NCBI GenBank assembly: GCA_027345565.1 | Contig: DAHWIF010000010.1 | Location: forward strand, 1-23,066 | Direction: 5' to 3' | DNA: 23,066 bases | From: Candidatus Micrarchaeota archaeon | GTDB taxonomy: Archaea > Micrarchaeota > Micrarchaeia > Micrarchaeales > Micrarchaeaceae | Shown here: piece by piece, positions 1 to 7,772 of the stretch | Numbering within the stretch: position 1 is the stretch's first letter | Layout: every line of letters starts with the position of its first letter | Notes under the pieces: model-generated | What the model was told of the DNA's origin: nothing | Database searches by the model: none | The model's input: the letters and a program-made list of their open reading frames with translations, nothing else | Position numbers and translations under genes: made by a program

Positions 1-225
1 GGCAAGCAAACCAACATATATGGGATAGCAAGCATAGCGGTGTTGAACTCGTCTTACATACCCGCTGTGAATCAGTACCCGATATACGAATACACGTCCG
101 TCTTCTTCTACAACAATTACGTTGGATTTGTGTCGACCAGCGGCTACGAGAACATGTCACAGGTATACTCAACCAGCATAGCTAAACTGCTCTTCCAAAA
201 GCTGGTCAACTCCGGCGCAGTGTAG
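1..225 (+). CDS. 3' end of a hypothetical protein (partial, open at window start)
   Basis: Frame 1 is open from base 1 (GKQTNIYGIASIAVLNSSYIP...) to TAG at 223-225. The N/S/T/Y-rich composition resembles an exported protein; no family recognised. Confidence 0.6.
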   Translation, partial: GKQTNIYGIASIAVLNSSYIPAVNQYPIYEYTSVFFYNNYVGFVSTSGYENMSQVYSTSIAKLLFQKLVNSGAV

Positions 226-323
226 TGGCGGTGCCGATATCAGTAATCGTACTGACCGAACAGCATACGATTTCCCCATTTACATCAACAATCCAGCAGG
301 GTGCTGCCGCGCCGCGCATGAGG

Positions 324-2324
324 TTAGCCGCACAGGCTCCTGAATACGCTTATGTTGCTGTACGGCGCGGTGAAGACCTTCAGTTCGCTGAAGTCCTTCG
401 AGCTCTTGAACGCGGTGTAGTTCGCAGGGGTGCACCACTGCGGAGCGAAGTTCGATATGTTCATGAGTACCACGTAGCTGACGTTGTACTGCTTTGCGAA
501 GGAGCACGATGGCGCCGACATGAATCCCTCTATTTCGCCGCTGAGCAGATACGGGTTCCTGCTCTCGTTGTAAAGGCCGACGCTTGCGGGATACGGCATA
601 TCCTCAAGGACCACTCTCCTCCGCCCTACAGAGGAGATCAGGCCGAATACCGTATTGTAGCAGTTGTCCGCGATGACGGCGCCGCTAGGCGTGTTATTGA
701 TAATCCACGAGGTCGCATTCAGCTCAGTCCCAGAGACCAGCAGCGACGAGCCCGAAAGGGCGTAATACTCGCCGACGAACCCGCTAAGTGTCACTGCAAA
801 GAAGAGCGCCACAGCGATGGCCTTGAACGCAAGGCCGCGTTTCCACATCACCGCAAGCAGCTCTGCCGCAGCAATGGCCATGAAGAGCAGGAAGTAGATC
901 ACTATCTTGTTAGAGTCTCCGAAGTTCGGCTGCAGCCTTATCACGTTGACAAGCGCAAGCGCTATGAACGCCGGTAGGAAGATTATGAGCCTCTTCCTGA
1001 AGAACCACATGCCTACAAGCCCAAGCACGAGCAGCGCGCCTATGGTCTCGAACCAGAAGGCCACGTGCAGCGCTATGCTATTCACGATTCCCTTGCCGTA
1101 TTGGTACCAGATGCTGTTATTCAGCATCGAGCCGAAGAAGCCTGGGGCAAGAGACGCGCTGTGTATGTAAAGTATGAGCGGCGTAGCTGCGGCTATGGCA
1201 ACGAGGCCGAATGGCAGCCAGCACCTCAGGAACACGGCGGCCCGCCTGCTTTTTGACTTGTACAGGGAATAGAAGAGCGCCACCAGCGCGAATATGAATA
1301 TGAAGACCATCGAGAACGGGTGGACCAGCGGCATAAGCCCTACGAGCAGCCCGGCAAACAGGAACTCCCTGCTCATCCCGCGCTTCAGGACCTTGAGCTT
1401 CCTGCTGAAGAAGGCCAGGTATATCAGGATAAGCAAGGTGAGTGCATACGGGAAGCCGAGCAGGTAGTCGTGCTGGGGCGCGAAGTTGCTGACCAGCGGG
1501 TCTGAGAAATTGAAGATTGGCTGCGTAAAAAGGCTGATCCAGCCATGCTGTACGTCGCTTTGCAGTATGGATACAGGGAGATAAGGCAGGCTCACCCCAG
1601 CGGCATAGAGAATTACGGCGTTAAGCCACAGCGAGCACAGCAGGAAGAGCAGGAAACCCACTATCGCAGCGTACCTCCTCTTTATTATGATTGAGATGAA
1701 GTAGATTGACAGGAGCACCAGGGAGTACCAGAGCGGATAGTTGGTCATGTACCAGCTATTGACGATGTTTATGCCTGTGTAAGAGAGTATCGATGTGTAG
1801 AAGTCTGCGATGAACGGGAAGGCGTTAGTCTGGTTCGCTATGTACAGAAGCTTTGGCGGGAATCCTGTGTAGACTACTGAATTGCCTATCGATACATGGA
1901 ACAGGAAGTCCGTGCCGTAGTTATCCGCCCCGTGTATGCCATTAGCCGCATTGTGCACCCCGTAAGTCATTAGGACAAGCAGCGCGGCCAGCACAATGAA
2001 TATCGATATGTAAAAACATTTCTGCTTCAGGAACTGTCTCCTTATTACCTTGAGCCTGAACATGTCCCTGCCTGATGACTTCCTGTAAAGGACGTATGAA
2101 ATGGCAAGCATTACAAGCGACGACGCCAGGACTATCCACTGGCTGAACGCGGTCGCTGCGGCCTCCATCGAGAGCGCAAGGAACGCCGCTATCACAAACC
2201 CTATTGGAAATGCAACCGCATACTTGATAAGCGCCTCGTCTGTCAGATTGCCTAAGAAGTAGTTGACGAGAGCTACGCCTATTATTATGCTTGAGAGGTA
2301 GAAGAGCACCCCTAGAAGGAACAC
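324..2324 (-). CDS. Polytopic membrane protein, probable GT-C superfamily glycosyltransferase
   Basis: 666 aa with many hydrophobic segments, an acidic loop motif (YGTDFLFH) after the N-terminal helices and a soluble C-terminal domain. Divergent from a GT2 gene. Confidence 0.65.
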   Translation of the reverse strand: MFLLGVLFYLSSIIIGVALVNYFLGNLTDEALIKYAVAFPIGFVIAAFLALSMEAAATAFSQWIVLASSLVMLAISYVLYRKSSGRDMFRLKVIRRQFLKQKCFYISIFIVLAALLVLMTYGVHNAANGIHGADNYGTDFLFHVSIGNSVVYTGFPPKLLYIANQTNAFPFIADFYTSILSYTGINIVNSWYMTNYPLWYSLVLLSIYFISIIIKRRYAAIVGFLLFLLCSLWLNAVILYAAGVSLPYLPVSILQSDVQHGWISLFTQPIFNFSDPLVSNFAPQHDYLLGFPYALTLLILIYLAFFSRKLKVLKRGMSREFLFAGLLVGLMPLVHPFSMVFIFIFALVALFYSLYKSKSRRAAVFLRCWLPFGLVAIAAATPLILYIHSASLAPGFFGSMLNNSIWYQYGKGIVNSIALHVAFWFETIGALLVLGLVGMWFFRKRLIIFLPAFIALALVNVIRLQPNFGDSNKIVIYFLLFMAIAAAELLAVMWKRGLAFKAIAVALFFAVTLSGFVGEYYALSGSSLLVSGTELNATSWIINNTPSGAVIADNCYNTVFGLISSVGRRRVVLEDMPYPASVGLYNESRNPYLLSGEIEGFMSAPSCSFAKQYNVSYVVLMNISNFAPQWCTPANYTAFKSSKDFSELKVFTAPYSNISVFRSLCG

Positions 2325-2366
2325 AATATCTTATTAGTTTGCTGCGACAAGAATAAAAATGATTCT

Positions 2367-3077
2367 ATGGTAGCGGCAAGAGCGACGGTAAGCCTCATAC
2401 TGCCCATATACAACGAAGCAGCTAACCTAAGGCGCAACTTCGACGACATCTACAGGGCGATGCGCAACCTGGGAGGGTTTGAGATAATAATAACGGAGGA
2501 TGGCTCTACTGACGGCTCCAAGGATATAGCGAAAGAGCTGGCCTCCGGTAAAAGGAATGTAAAGCTGCTCTCGTTCAGGGAGAGGAGCGGCAGGGGCGCG
2601 GCGCTCAAAAGGGCCATAAGGGTCGCTAAGGGTGATGTGATAGGATACATGGACATAGACCTGGCAGTGCCGCTGCGCTATGTCAAGGACGCGATTAGCA
2701 TGATCGATCATGGCTGCGAGGTAGTCGCAGGCTCGAGATACAGGGGAACGAGGATAGAGAGGAGCGCCAGCAGGCTCATCGCCAGCAAGGCCTACAACCT
2801 CATAGTGAATATTGTCACAGGCTCAAGGCTCGATGACCACCAGTGCGGCTTCAAGTTCTGGAAAAGGGGGTTTATAAAAAAGGAAGCCAGTGCAGCGAGG
2901 GACAACCACTGGTTCTTCGACACCGAGGTGCTGCTCGATGCGCAGAGGCAGGGGCTGCGTGTGTGTTCAATCCCAGTATCGTGGCAGGAGCACAGGGAGA
3001 GCAAGGTGAAAGCTGACGATCCCGTGTATTTTATCGCAGCAGTGATAAGGTATAGGATGAGCAAGGGGCGTGTGTAG
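2367..3077 (+). CDS. GT2 glycosyltransferase, dolichyl-phosphate sugar synthase type (DPM1/ALG5-like)
   Basis: Motifs LPIYNE, EDGSTDGS, GRGAALK, YMDIDLA (DxD), DHQCGFK and WFFDTE. Confidence 0.9.
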   Translation: MVAARATVSLILPIYNEAANLRRNFDDIYRAMRNLGGFEIIITEDGSTDGSKDIAKELASGKRNVKLLSFRERSGRGAALKRAIRVAKGDVIGYMDIDLAVPLRYVKDAISMIDHGCEVVAGSRYRGTRIERSASRLIASKAYNLIVNIVTGSRLDDHQCGFKFWKRGFIKKEASAARDNHWFFDTEVLLDAQRQGLRVCSIPVSWQEHRESKVKADDPVYFIAAVIRYRMSKGRV

Positions 3078-3145
3078 AGCAAAGGATATTAAGCTGTAGC
3101 GCGCATTACTGGCGTTGCAGTTATGCAAAAAAGCCGGCGATACGG

Positions 3146-4825
3146 GTGAGGAAGCTTGACAGGAGGTTGAAAAGCAGGCTGCTCTGCACGGCCCTGGCGG
3201 CAGTGCTCGTGTTCGATTTATTGTATGCTGTAATTACGGTGAGCGGCCCTACAAACCTGAGCGAGGAGTATGCGTATGCTGGGCTGGCGCTTAATGCGAT
3301 ACACGGCCAGGTGAACCTACAGCAGATCGATGCAAGCAGGCTGCTCCAGTATCTCCCGATAGCTGCGTTCTACGAAGCGTTTGGAGTAGGCATATACACG
3401 AGCTCAGCCTGGAACATGGTATGCTTCCTTGGCACTGTGCTCGTCGCCTTCCTGATAGGCAGGGAGCTATACGGCCCTATCACGGGGCTTACATCAGCGC
3501 TGCTGGCCAGCTTCTTCACCCCAATAGTCAAGGTCTCGTCGACGCTCGACATAGTCATGTCGATGGCGTTCTTCATCTCTTTGGTAATGCTTGCATTGCT
3601 CTACGGGCGCAACCGGGGCTCAAAGGCGTGGATGTTTGCGGCCGGGGTGTTCGTGGTTGCTGCGCAGCTGACGATACCTATCGCGCTTATAGCCGCAGCT
3701 GCGCTTGCCCTCTATCTTGTACTGGAGCTGGCAAGGAAGAAGATCGAGCTCAAGCTCGTGCTGTATGTGCTTGCAGGCGCGGCTGTTGCAGCTGCCGTCG
3801 TGCTGGCGTTCAGCTACTCCGTGTCTGGGAATCCCATCTCGATTGCGACGTTGAACGGCGCGTATTACTCCAATCTAACCATGACGGACACCGCGTATGG
3901 CATAATAGGCGCCCCGATTGTCTATGCAAACGGATCCAAAAACGACCTATTCGGATGGTATATGCATTATTACCCCGGACAGATGTTCGAGTACTCTGCG
4001 ATGCAGGCGATTGTAGGAGGGATTTTGCACGGCAACATAACGCTGTGGTCCGTATGGCAGCAGCTTTATAGTCAAGCAATGATTGCAGGCTTCTACTTCT
4101 ACGCTGCACTTGCAGCGGCAATATACCTGACGATAAGATGGGATAGGCGCCTATACTACCCGCTCATGTGGCTAGCGGTAGGCTTCCTGTTCCTGCAGTT
4201 CGCCCCGCAGGGCGGGACGCTCTCGCCCTTCAGGTACATACTGATTTTCAGGGATGTAAGGTACCTGACCGCGCTCGCGGTGCCGACCAGCGTTTTGATA
4301 GCGGTAGCCCTCTCCCGTTTTGTAAGCGGAAAGGGGCACGGCGCGAAGGGCCTAACCAAGCGGAAAATAAGGATATCGCTGGCCATCGCGGCTGTAGCAT
4401 TCCTAATCATCACTTCAATACCGGCCAACATAGAGTGGCACAGTTACATATACACAGAGTATTACTCCCTGCATGCACTGGCAGGGATAATACAGCACAC
4501 TGGAGGGATAACAACTGTGTATTACCCGTCTGTGGACTGGCCTGACATGATAGTATACCTGCATGACAGCAGCCAGCTGAACCTCCAGATGCTTGACTGG
4601 ATATCGAACTGTACGTATTTTGCTGCTGGCAGCTACGTGGTGCTCCCGAACGTCACCAAAGGATATGCACCGCAGTGGCCGTACATAAATGACACAAGCG
4701 CGTACTGCCCAGACATGCACCTTGTTGCCGAACCTGTAGTGCAACCCCCATATGGCACTGCAGGGTTCAACCAGATGTACATAGCACTCAAGAATCAGCA
4801 GAGGCTCTATTACGTGGTGCCATGA
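3146..4825 (+). CDS. GT-C fold glycosyltransferase (PMT/ArnT-like)
   Basis: N-terminal TM followed by the acidic motif EEYAY, the segment LVAFLIGRELYG..GL.SALL typical of PMT_2/ArnT proteins, a DVRYL motif, many TM segments and an extracytoplasmic C-terminus. Confidence 0.75.
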   Translation: MRKLDRRLKSRLLCTALAAVLVFDLLYAVITVSGPTNLSEEYAYAGLALNAIHGQVNLQQIDASRLLQYLPIAAFYEAFGVGIYTSSAWNMVCFLGTVLVAFLIGRELYGPITGLTSALLASFFTPIVKVSSTLDIVMSMAFFISLVMLALLYGRNRGSKAWMFAAGVFVVAAQLTIPIALIAAAALALYLVLELARKKIELKLVLYVLAGAAVAAAVVLAFSYSVSGNPISIATLNGAYYSNLTMTDTAYGIIGAPIVYANGSKNDLFGWYMHYYPGQMFEYSAMQAIVGGILHGNITLWSVWQQLYSQAMIAGFYFYAALAAAIYLTIRWDRRLYYPLMWLAVGFLFLQFAPQGGTLSPFRYILIFRDVRYLTALAVPTSVLIAVALSRFVSGKGHGAKGLTKRKIRISLAIAAVAFLIITSIPANIEWHSYIYTEYYSLHALAGIIQHTGGITTVYYPSVDWPDMIVYLHDSSQLNLQMLDWISNCTYFAAGSYVVLPNVTKGYAPQWPYINDTSAYCPDMHLVAEPVVQPPYGTAGFNQMYIALKNQQRLYYVVP

Positions 4826-4884
4826 TGCCCCACAGCAGGCAAGCTTTAAGTATGTTAGCAGAGCGTCATTATAGGTGGTTTGCC

Positions 4885-5361
4885 TTGCAGCCGCGGACAA
4901 GGTCGCAGACGGCTCTCGAATACCTGATAACCTACGGCTGGGTTGTACTGGTAATTGCGATAGCGTTGGCGGCGCTGTACACGCTCGGTGTTTTCAACAC
5001 GAGCTCCATCACCCCAAACACATGCATAATGACAGGCTCATTCTCATGCATGAGCGCGACGCTGGCATCGAACGGCAGCATGCATGTGCGCATATCCCAG
5101 GATACGCCTGACCCGATAAACATAACTAAGGTAGCGTGCGATGGCAACCAATCGCTGATACATGCAACGACATTGACTCCACAGGTTTACGTGGCGTCAG
5201 GCCAGAACGCTACATTCAGCATAACGTGCTGGCGGAACGGCGCGGTGTTCTCTGCGGCAAGCGGTACGCTATACAATGGCTACTTGCTTGTTAGCTACAC
5301 GGACCTCGCCACAGGGTTCAATTACACAACGGTCGGCACGCTTGCGCTCAAAGTCGGATGA
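4885..5361 (+). CDS. Archaeal type IV pilin-like protein with class III signal peptide
   Basis: RS/QTALEYLITYGW with Glu at +5, then a hydrophobic stretch; 4 Cys. Start placed at TTG 4885 after a GGTGG RBS-like motif (the ORF track extends to 4822). Confidence 0.8.
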   Translation: MQPRTRSQTALEYLITYGWVVLVIAIALAALYTLGVFNTSSITPNTCIMTGSFSCMSATLASNGSMHVRISQDTPDPINITKVACDGNQSLIHATTLTPQVYVASGQNATFSITCWRNGAVFSAASGTLYNGYLLVSYTDLATGFNYTTVGTLALKVG

Positions 5362-5370
5362 ATGAAACTT

Positions 5371-5972
5371 TGAAATCCCTGCCTTCAGGCAGGTCGGGTA
5401 AAAAAGCTCGTAGTTTTCTGGTCCTTCTTATTGATATGCAATCAATGCTGCCGTCGGACCGCAGAAACGTGAGTATACGGAGAGGAACGAATGGAAAAAT
5501 ATAAACCCGCCGGCCAAGGGCTCTGCCCATCAGCACAACTGGCAGCATGTGATTTTCGTAACGGAATACCGTTGCAAAATGTTAAGAAACTCAAAGACGG
5601 CAGAAATAATACCGCGTGCGATATCCGAAGAGACGGAGAACTGCAGGATGGACACAAAAGAACTTGCATTTGGTGAGGACTATTGCGCATGTGCATATGA
5701 AGAGTCGATATTCCAAACACACTCTCAATCGCACAGGTTATACAGTTGCTGAAAGGATATTCATCATGCATTGTCTTCAAAGAAACGCCTTGACATCGTT
5801 GTAATATTCCAAAGGAAACTTCTAGCCTGTAGGATACAGCAACGGCGGTGTTGGCCCTGCAAATGAGGAAACGATAAAGAACTGCATCAGGAGGCAGGGA
5901 TCTCAGGCGTCCAGATGCAACTTGCAATGTAACTACAAGGGTACCACGGCCTTTAGGTCACGGATAGGTCAT
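5371..5972 (+). mobile_element. Degenerate IS200/IS605-family element (IS200-like, tnpA only)
   Basis: Left-end-like hairpin CCTGCC-TTCA-GGCAGG (5378-5393), a tnpA pseudogene, and right-end-like CCACGGCC-TTTA-GGTCACGG-ATAGGTCA (5944-5971). Exact boundaries are uncertain. Confidence 0.75.
5491..5932 (+). pseudogene. tnpA: IS200/IS605 HUH (Y1) transposase pseudogene
   Basis: Joining frames by hand gives ...NWQHVIFVTEYRCKMLRNSKTAEII...KELAFGEDY / AHVHMK / VDIPNTLSIAQVIQLLKGYSSCIVFKETP* / YSKGNF*PVGYSNGGVGPANEETIKNCIRRQ. HUH motif HVH is at 5688-5696; the conserved FW Trp is TAG at 5823-5825; the catalytic Tyr position is TGC (Cys) at 5883-5885. Confidence 0.85.
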
Positions 5973-6057
5973 CACTACTTGCGCATTTCAGAATAAACTT
6001 CTTTGCTCAAAGTCGCTGTTAGCTTCGCCAATTATCTATTTTTCAACTTCCCGCTCT

Positions 6058-6102
6058 TAATATACAGATATATTTATATATGTTTTGATATGTATATATT
6101 AT
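6058..6102 (+). promoter_or_regulatory. AT-rich region with TATA-box candidates upstream of the MNT gene
   Basis: TTTATATA at about 6073-6080, roughly 25 nt before ATG 6103, consistent with a leaderless archaeal promoter. Confidence 0.5.
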
Positions 6103-6687
6103 ATGCCGTACAAGACAATTCTGCTGAACACCGATGCATACAACAGGGTCAGCTCTGCAAAAAGAAGGCTGTCTGAAAAGCTCCATCAAAAGCTGAGTTT
6201 CGGTGACCTTTTCAACGAGGTTTTCAGCAAGAACATAGATTTGATGGAGATGGATGACGCTATTAGAGACTACATAAAATCCTTCTGCGGCATTCTTGAA
6301 GGCAAAGAATATGTACTCGGGATACTACTTTTCGGATCTGTTGCAAAGGGCGCGGACTATAACAGGTACAGCGATATAGACCTACTTGTGGTGGTATCCT
6401 CCAGGAAATACGCAGGGAAAGTGATGGACGAGGTACATGACGCAAAGAAAAAACTGCGTGATAAGGAGCGCACGCTGATTTCCAGACAGCTGCCCACGTT
6501 CATAAGTCCCATTGTCCTGGAGAGCGAGGATCTCAAGAAGTTCAGGCCAATATACCTTGACTTCCTAGATTACGGCATAGCGCTCTTCGAGCGCGACAAT
6601 GTCCTTACCGATTTCCTCAACGACATGCGCAAGATAAAGCACAGCAGGGAGTTCAAGCCATATGAGGTGCTCAGATGGCAGATATAA
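6103..6687 (+). CDS. Minimal nucleotidyltransferase (MNT) antitoxin with an N-terminal RHH/VapB-antitoxin-like extension
   Basis: Pol-beta NTase motif ILLFGSVAKG...SDIDLLVV; N-terminus KTILLNTDAYNRV...LSFGDL. ATG 6103 preferred over TTG 6085. Confidence 0.85.
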   Translation: MPYKTILLNTDAYNRVSSAKRRLSEKLHQKLSFGDLFNEVFSKNIDLMEMDDAIRDYIKSFCGILEGKEYVLGILLFGSVAKGADYNRYSDIDLLVVVSSRKYAGKVMDEVHDAKKKLRDKERTLISRQLPTFISPIVLESEDLKKFRPIYLDFLDYGIALFERDNVLTDFLNDMRKIKHSREFKPYEVLRWQI

Positions 6688-7091
6688 CCGCGATAGATAA
6701 CGCAAAGGTCTGGCTTAATACTGCAGATGTTACAATGAAGGGCAGAATATACACAACTGCATTGTACAGCATGGAGATGGCTGTTGAAATCGCGCTCAAG
6801 GCGCTGCTGATGGAATTCGGGATAAACGTCCCCAAGCTCCACAACGTGATGAACAGCCTGAAGGCAGTGTTCGAGGAAAGGAGGAGCGCTTTGCCTAAGG
6901 AATTTAGGGACAAAGAGGCATTCGTACTTGATACCTATAACGATTTGTTGGAGATCAGGCCTCTTGTAGGATACATATTCGAGATGAATGCAAGCATAGA
7001 CGTAGAGGAAAAAGCGAAGAAGTACATCAAGGCATCGAAAGAGGTTGTTGACCTCTGCGATCTTGCAATAAGACACATAAGCAAGAAATAG
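6675..7091 (+). CDS. HEPN domain protein (putative toxin of an MNT-HEPN pair)
   Basis: AVEIALKALL...PKLHN HEPN signature and Rx4Y (RPLVGY). Overlaps the MNT 3' end by 13 nt; GAGGTG RBS at 6664-6669. Confidence 0.85.
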   Translation: MADITAIDNAKVWLNTADVTMKGRIYTTALYSMEMAVEIALKALLMEFGINVPKLHNVMNSLKAVFEERRSALPKEFRDKEAFVLDTYNDLLEIRPLVGYIFEMNASIDVEEKAKKYIKASKEVVDLCDLAIRHISKK

Positions 7092-7094
7092 CGC

Positions 7095-7202
7095 ACCTCA
7101 TTCAAGACCGAACCTGATCAGAGTCCTCTTCCTGCATGGCAGACCTGTACAACAGAAAAAGGAACTTGAAAGTCCACGACTTCAGTCGTGAGAGGATGTC
7201 AC
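7095..7202 (+). mobile_element. IS200/IS605 right-end remnant (possible decayed TnpB reRNA/omegaRNA-like segment)
   Basis: Perfect hairpin CACGAC-TTCA-GTCGTG (7175-7190) followed by AGAGGATGTCAC, the usual shape of IS605/IS1341-type right ends. The upstream portion is only loosely similar. Confidence 0.65.
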
Positions 7203-7765
7203 ACCCTTCCTTTAGACTCCCCTTTCGATACGCCGCTAGCAATGATGTGTGACAGCCTAAGTAAGCTCATGGTTGTTTTCAAGATACGTCTTGTTTCTAA
7301 CTTATCCATATGGCTTTGCACGTAAAAACCGTCTATGGCTGCACTCTTCTTCTGCGATTCAAGCAGCGCCGCCCTCTCCTTTATCTCTGCGCCTGTGTCC
7401 CTCTCAAGCGCCTTTAGCGCCTTCATGAGCAGCGAAGGCCTTGGCCTGTGCCTTGTTATGACCAACACACCGACATCAAGCTCTTTGCCAAGCCTCCTAA
7501 TGTTGAGTATGTTCAGCCCTGCCAGCGCTATTCCGTTGAATGCCAGGACTCTCACCTGTTCTCTGAATCTTGACCTCTTTATCATGCCTATTATCCTGCT
7601 CGTCGCGTCGCTGCCGTCCACCGTCACGCGCGTGGAGAGCACCCCCTCAATTCCGTTCAGGGTGCCGATTACGCATACCAACAACGCCCTTTTGCCGCTT
7701 CCCCTCCCATGGCCTTTTCCTATCGGCCCTGTTGCGATAGCGGCTACCCTAACGCCACCCTTCAA
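7199..7765 (-). CDS. DUF99 family protein (endonuclease V-like)
   Basis: Motifs IEGV...VTVDGSDAT, NGIALAGLNI and LRLSHIIASG. TTG start, 7 nt after the rpoL stop. Confidence 0.8.
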   Translation of the reverse strand: MKGGVRVAAIATGPIGKGHGRGSGKRALLVCVIGTLNGIEGVLSTRVTVDGSDATSRIIGMIKRSRFREQVRVLAFNGIALAGLNILNIRRLGKELDVGVLVITRHRPRPSLLMKALKALERDTGAEIKERAALLESQKKSAAIDGFYVQSHMDKLETRRILKTTMSLLRLSHIIASGVSKGESKGRV

Positions 7766-7772
7766 CGAATCC

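Noticed and set aside
225-977. 250 aa plus-strand ORF and other long antisense ORFs (7813-8619, 8672-9463, 10793-11524, 11718-12413, 15807-16358)
   Set aside because: They lie antisense to well-supported genes and show no recognisable motifs.
5348-5927. Short ORFs 5348-5548, 5442-5927, 5491-5676, 5549-5752 and 5616-5804 as independent genes
   Set aside because: They are fragments or antisense shadows of the tnpA pseudogene and its left end.
5440-5940. Degenerate tnpB/Cas12f-like gene
   Set aside because: Suggested at first by the right-end motif, but the joined frames give TnpA motifs (HVH, LKGYSS, FW, YIxxQ-like) and no RuvC or Zn-finger motifs.
7720-7765. DUF99 inactivation because the first motif reads AIATG rather than an acidic motif
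   Set aside because: This motif varies within the family as I recall it and TVDGSDAT is intact; it cannot be judged without an alignment.
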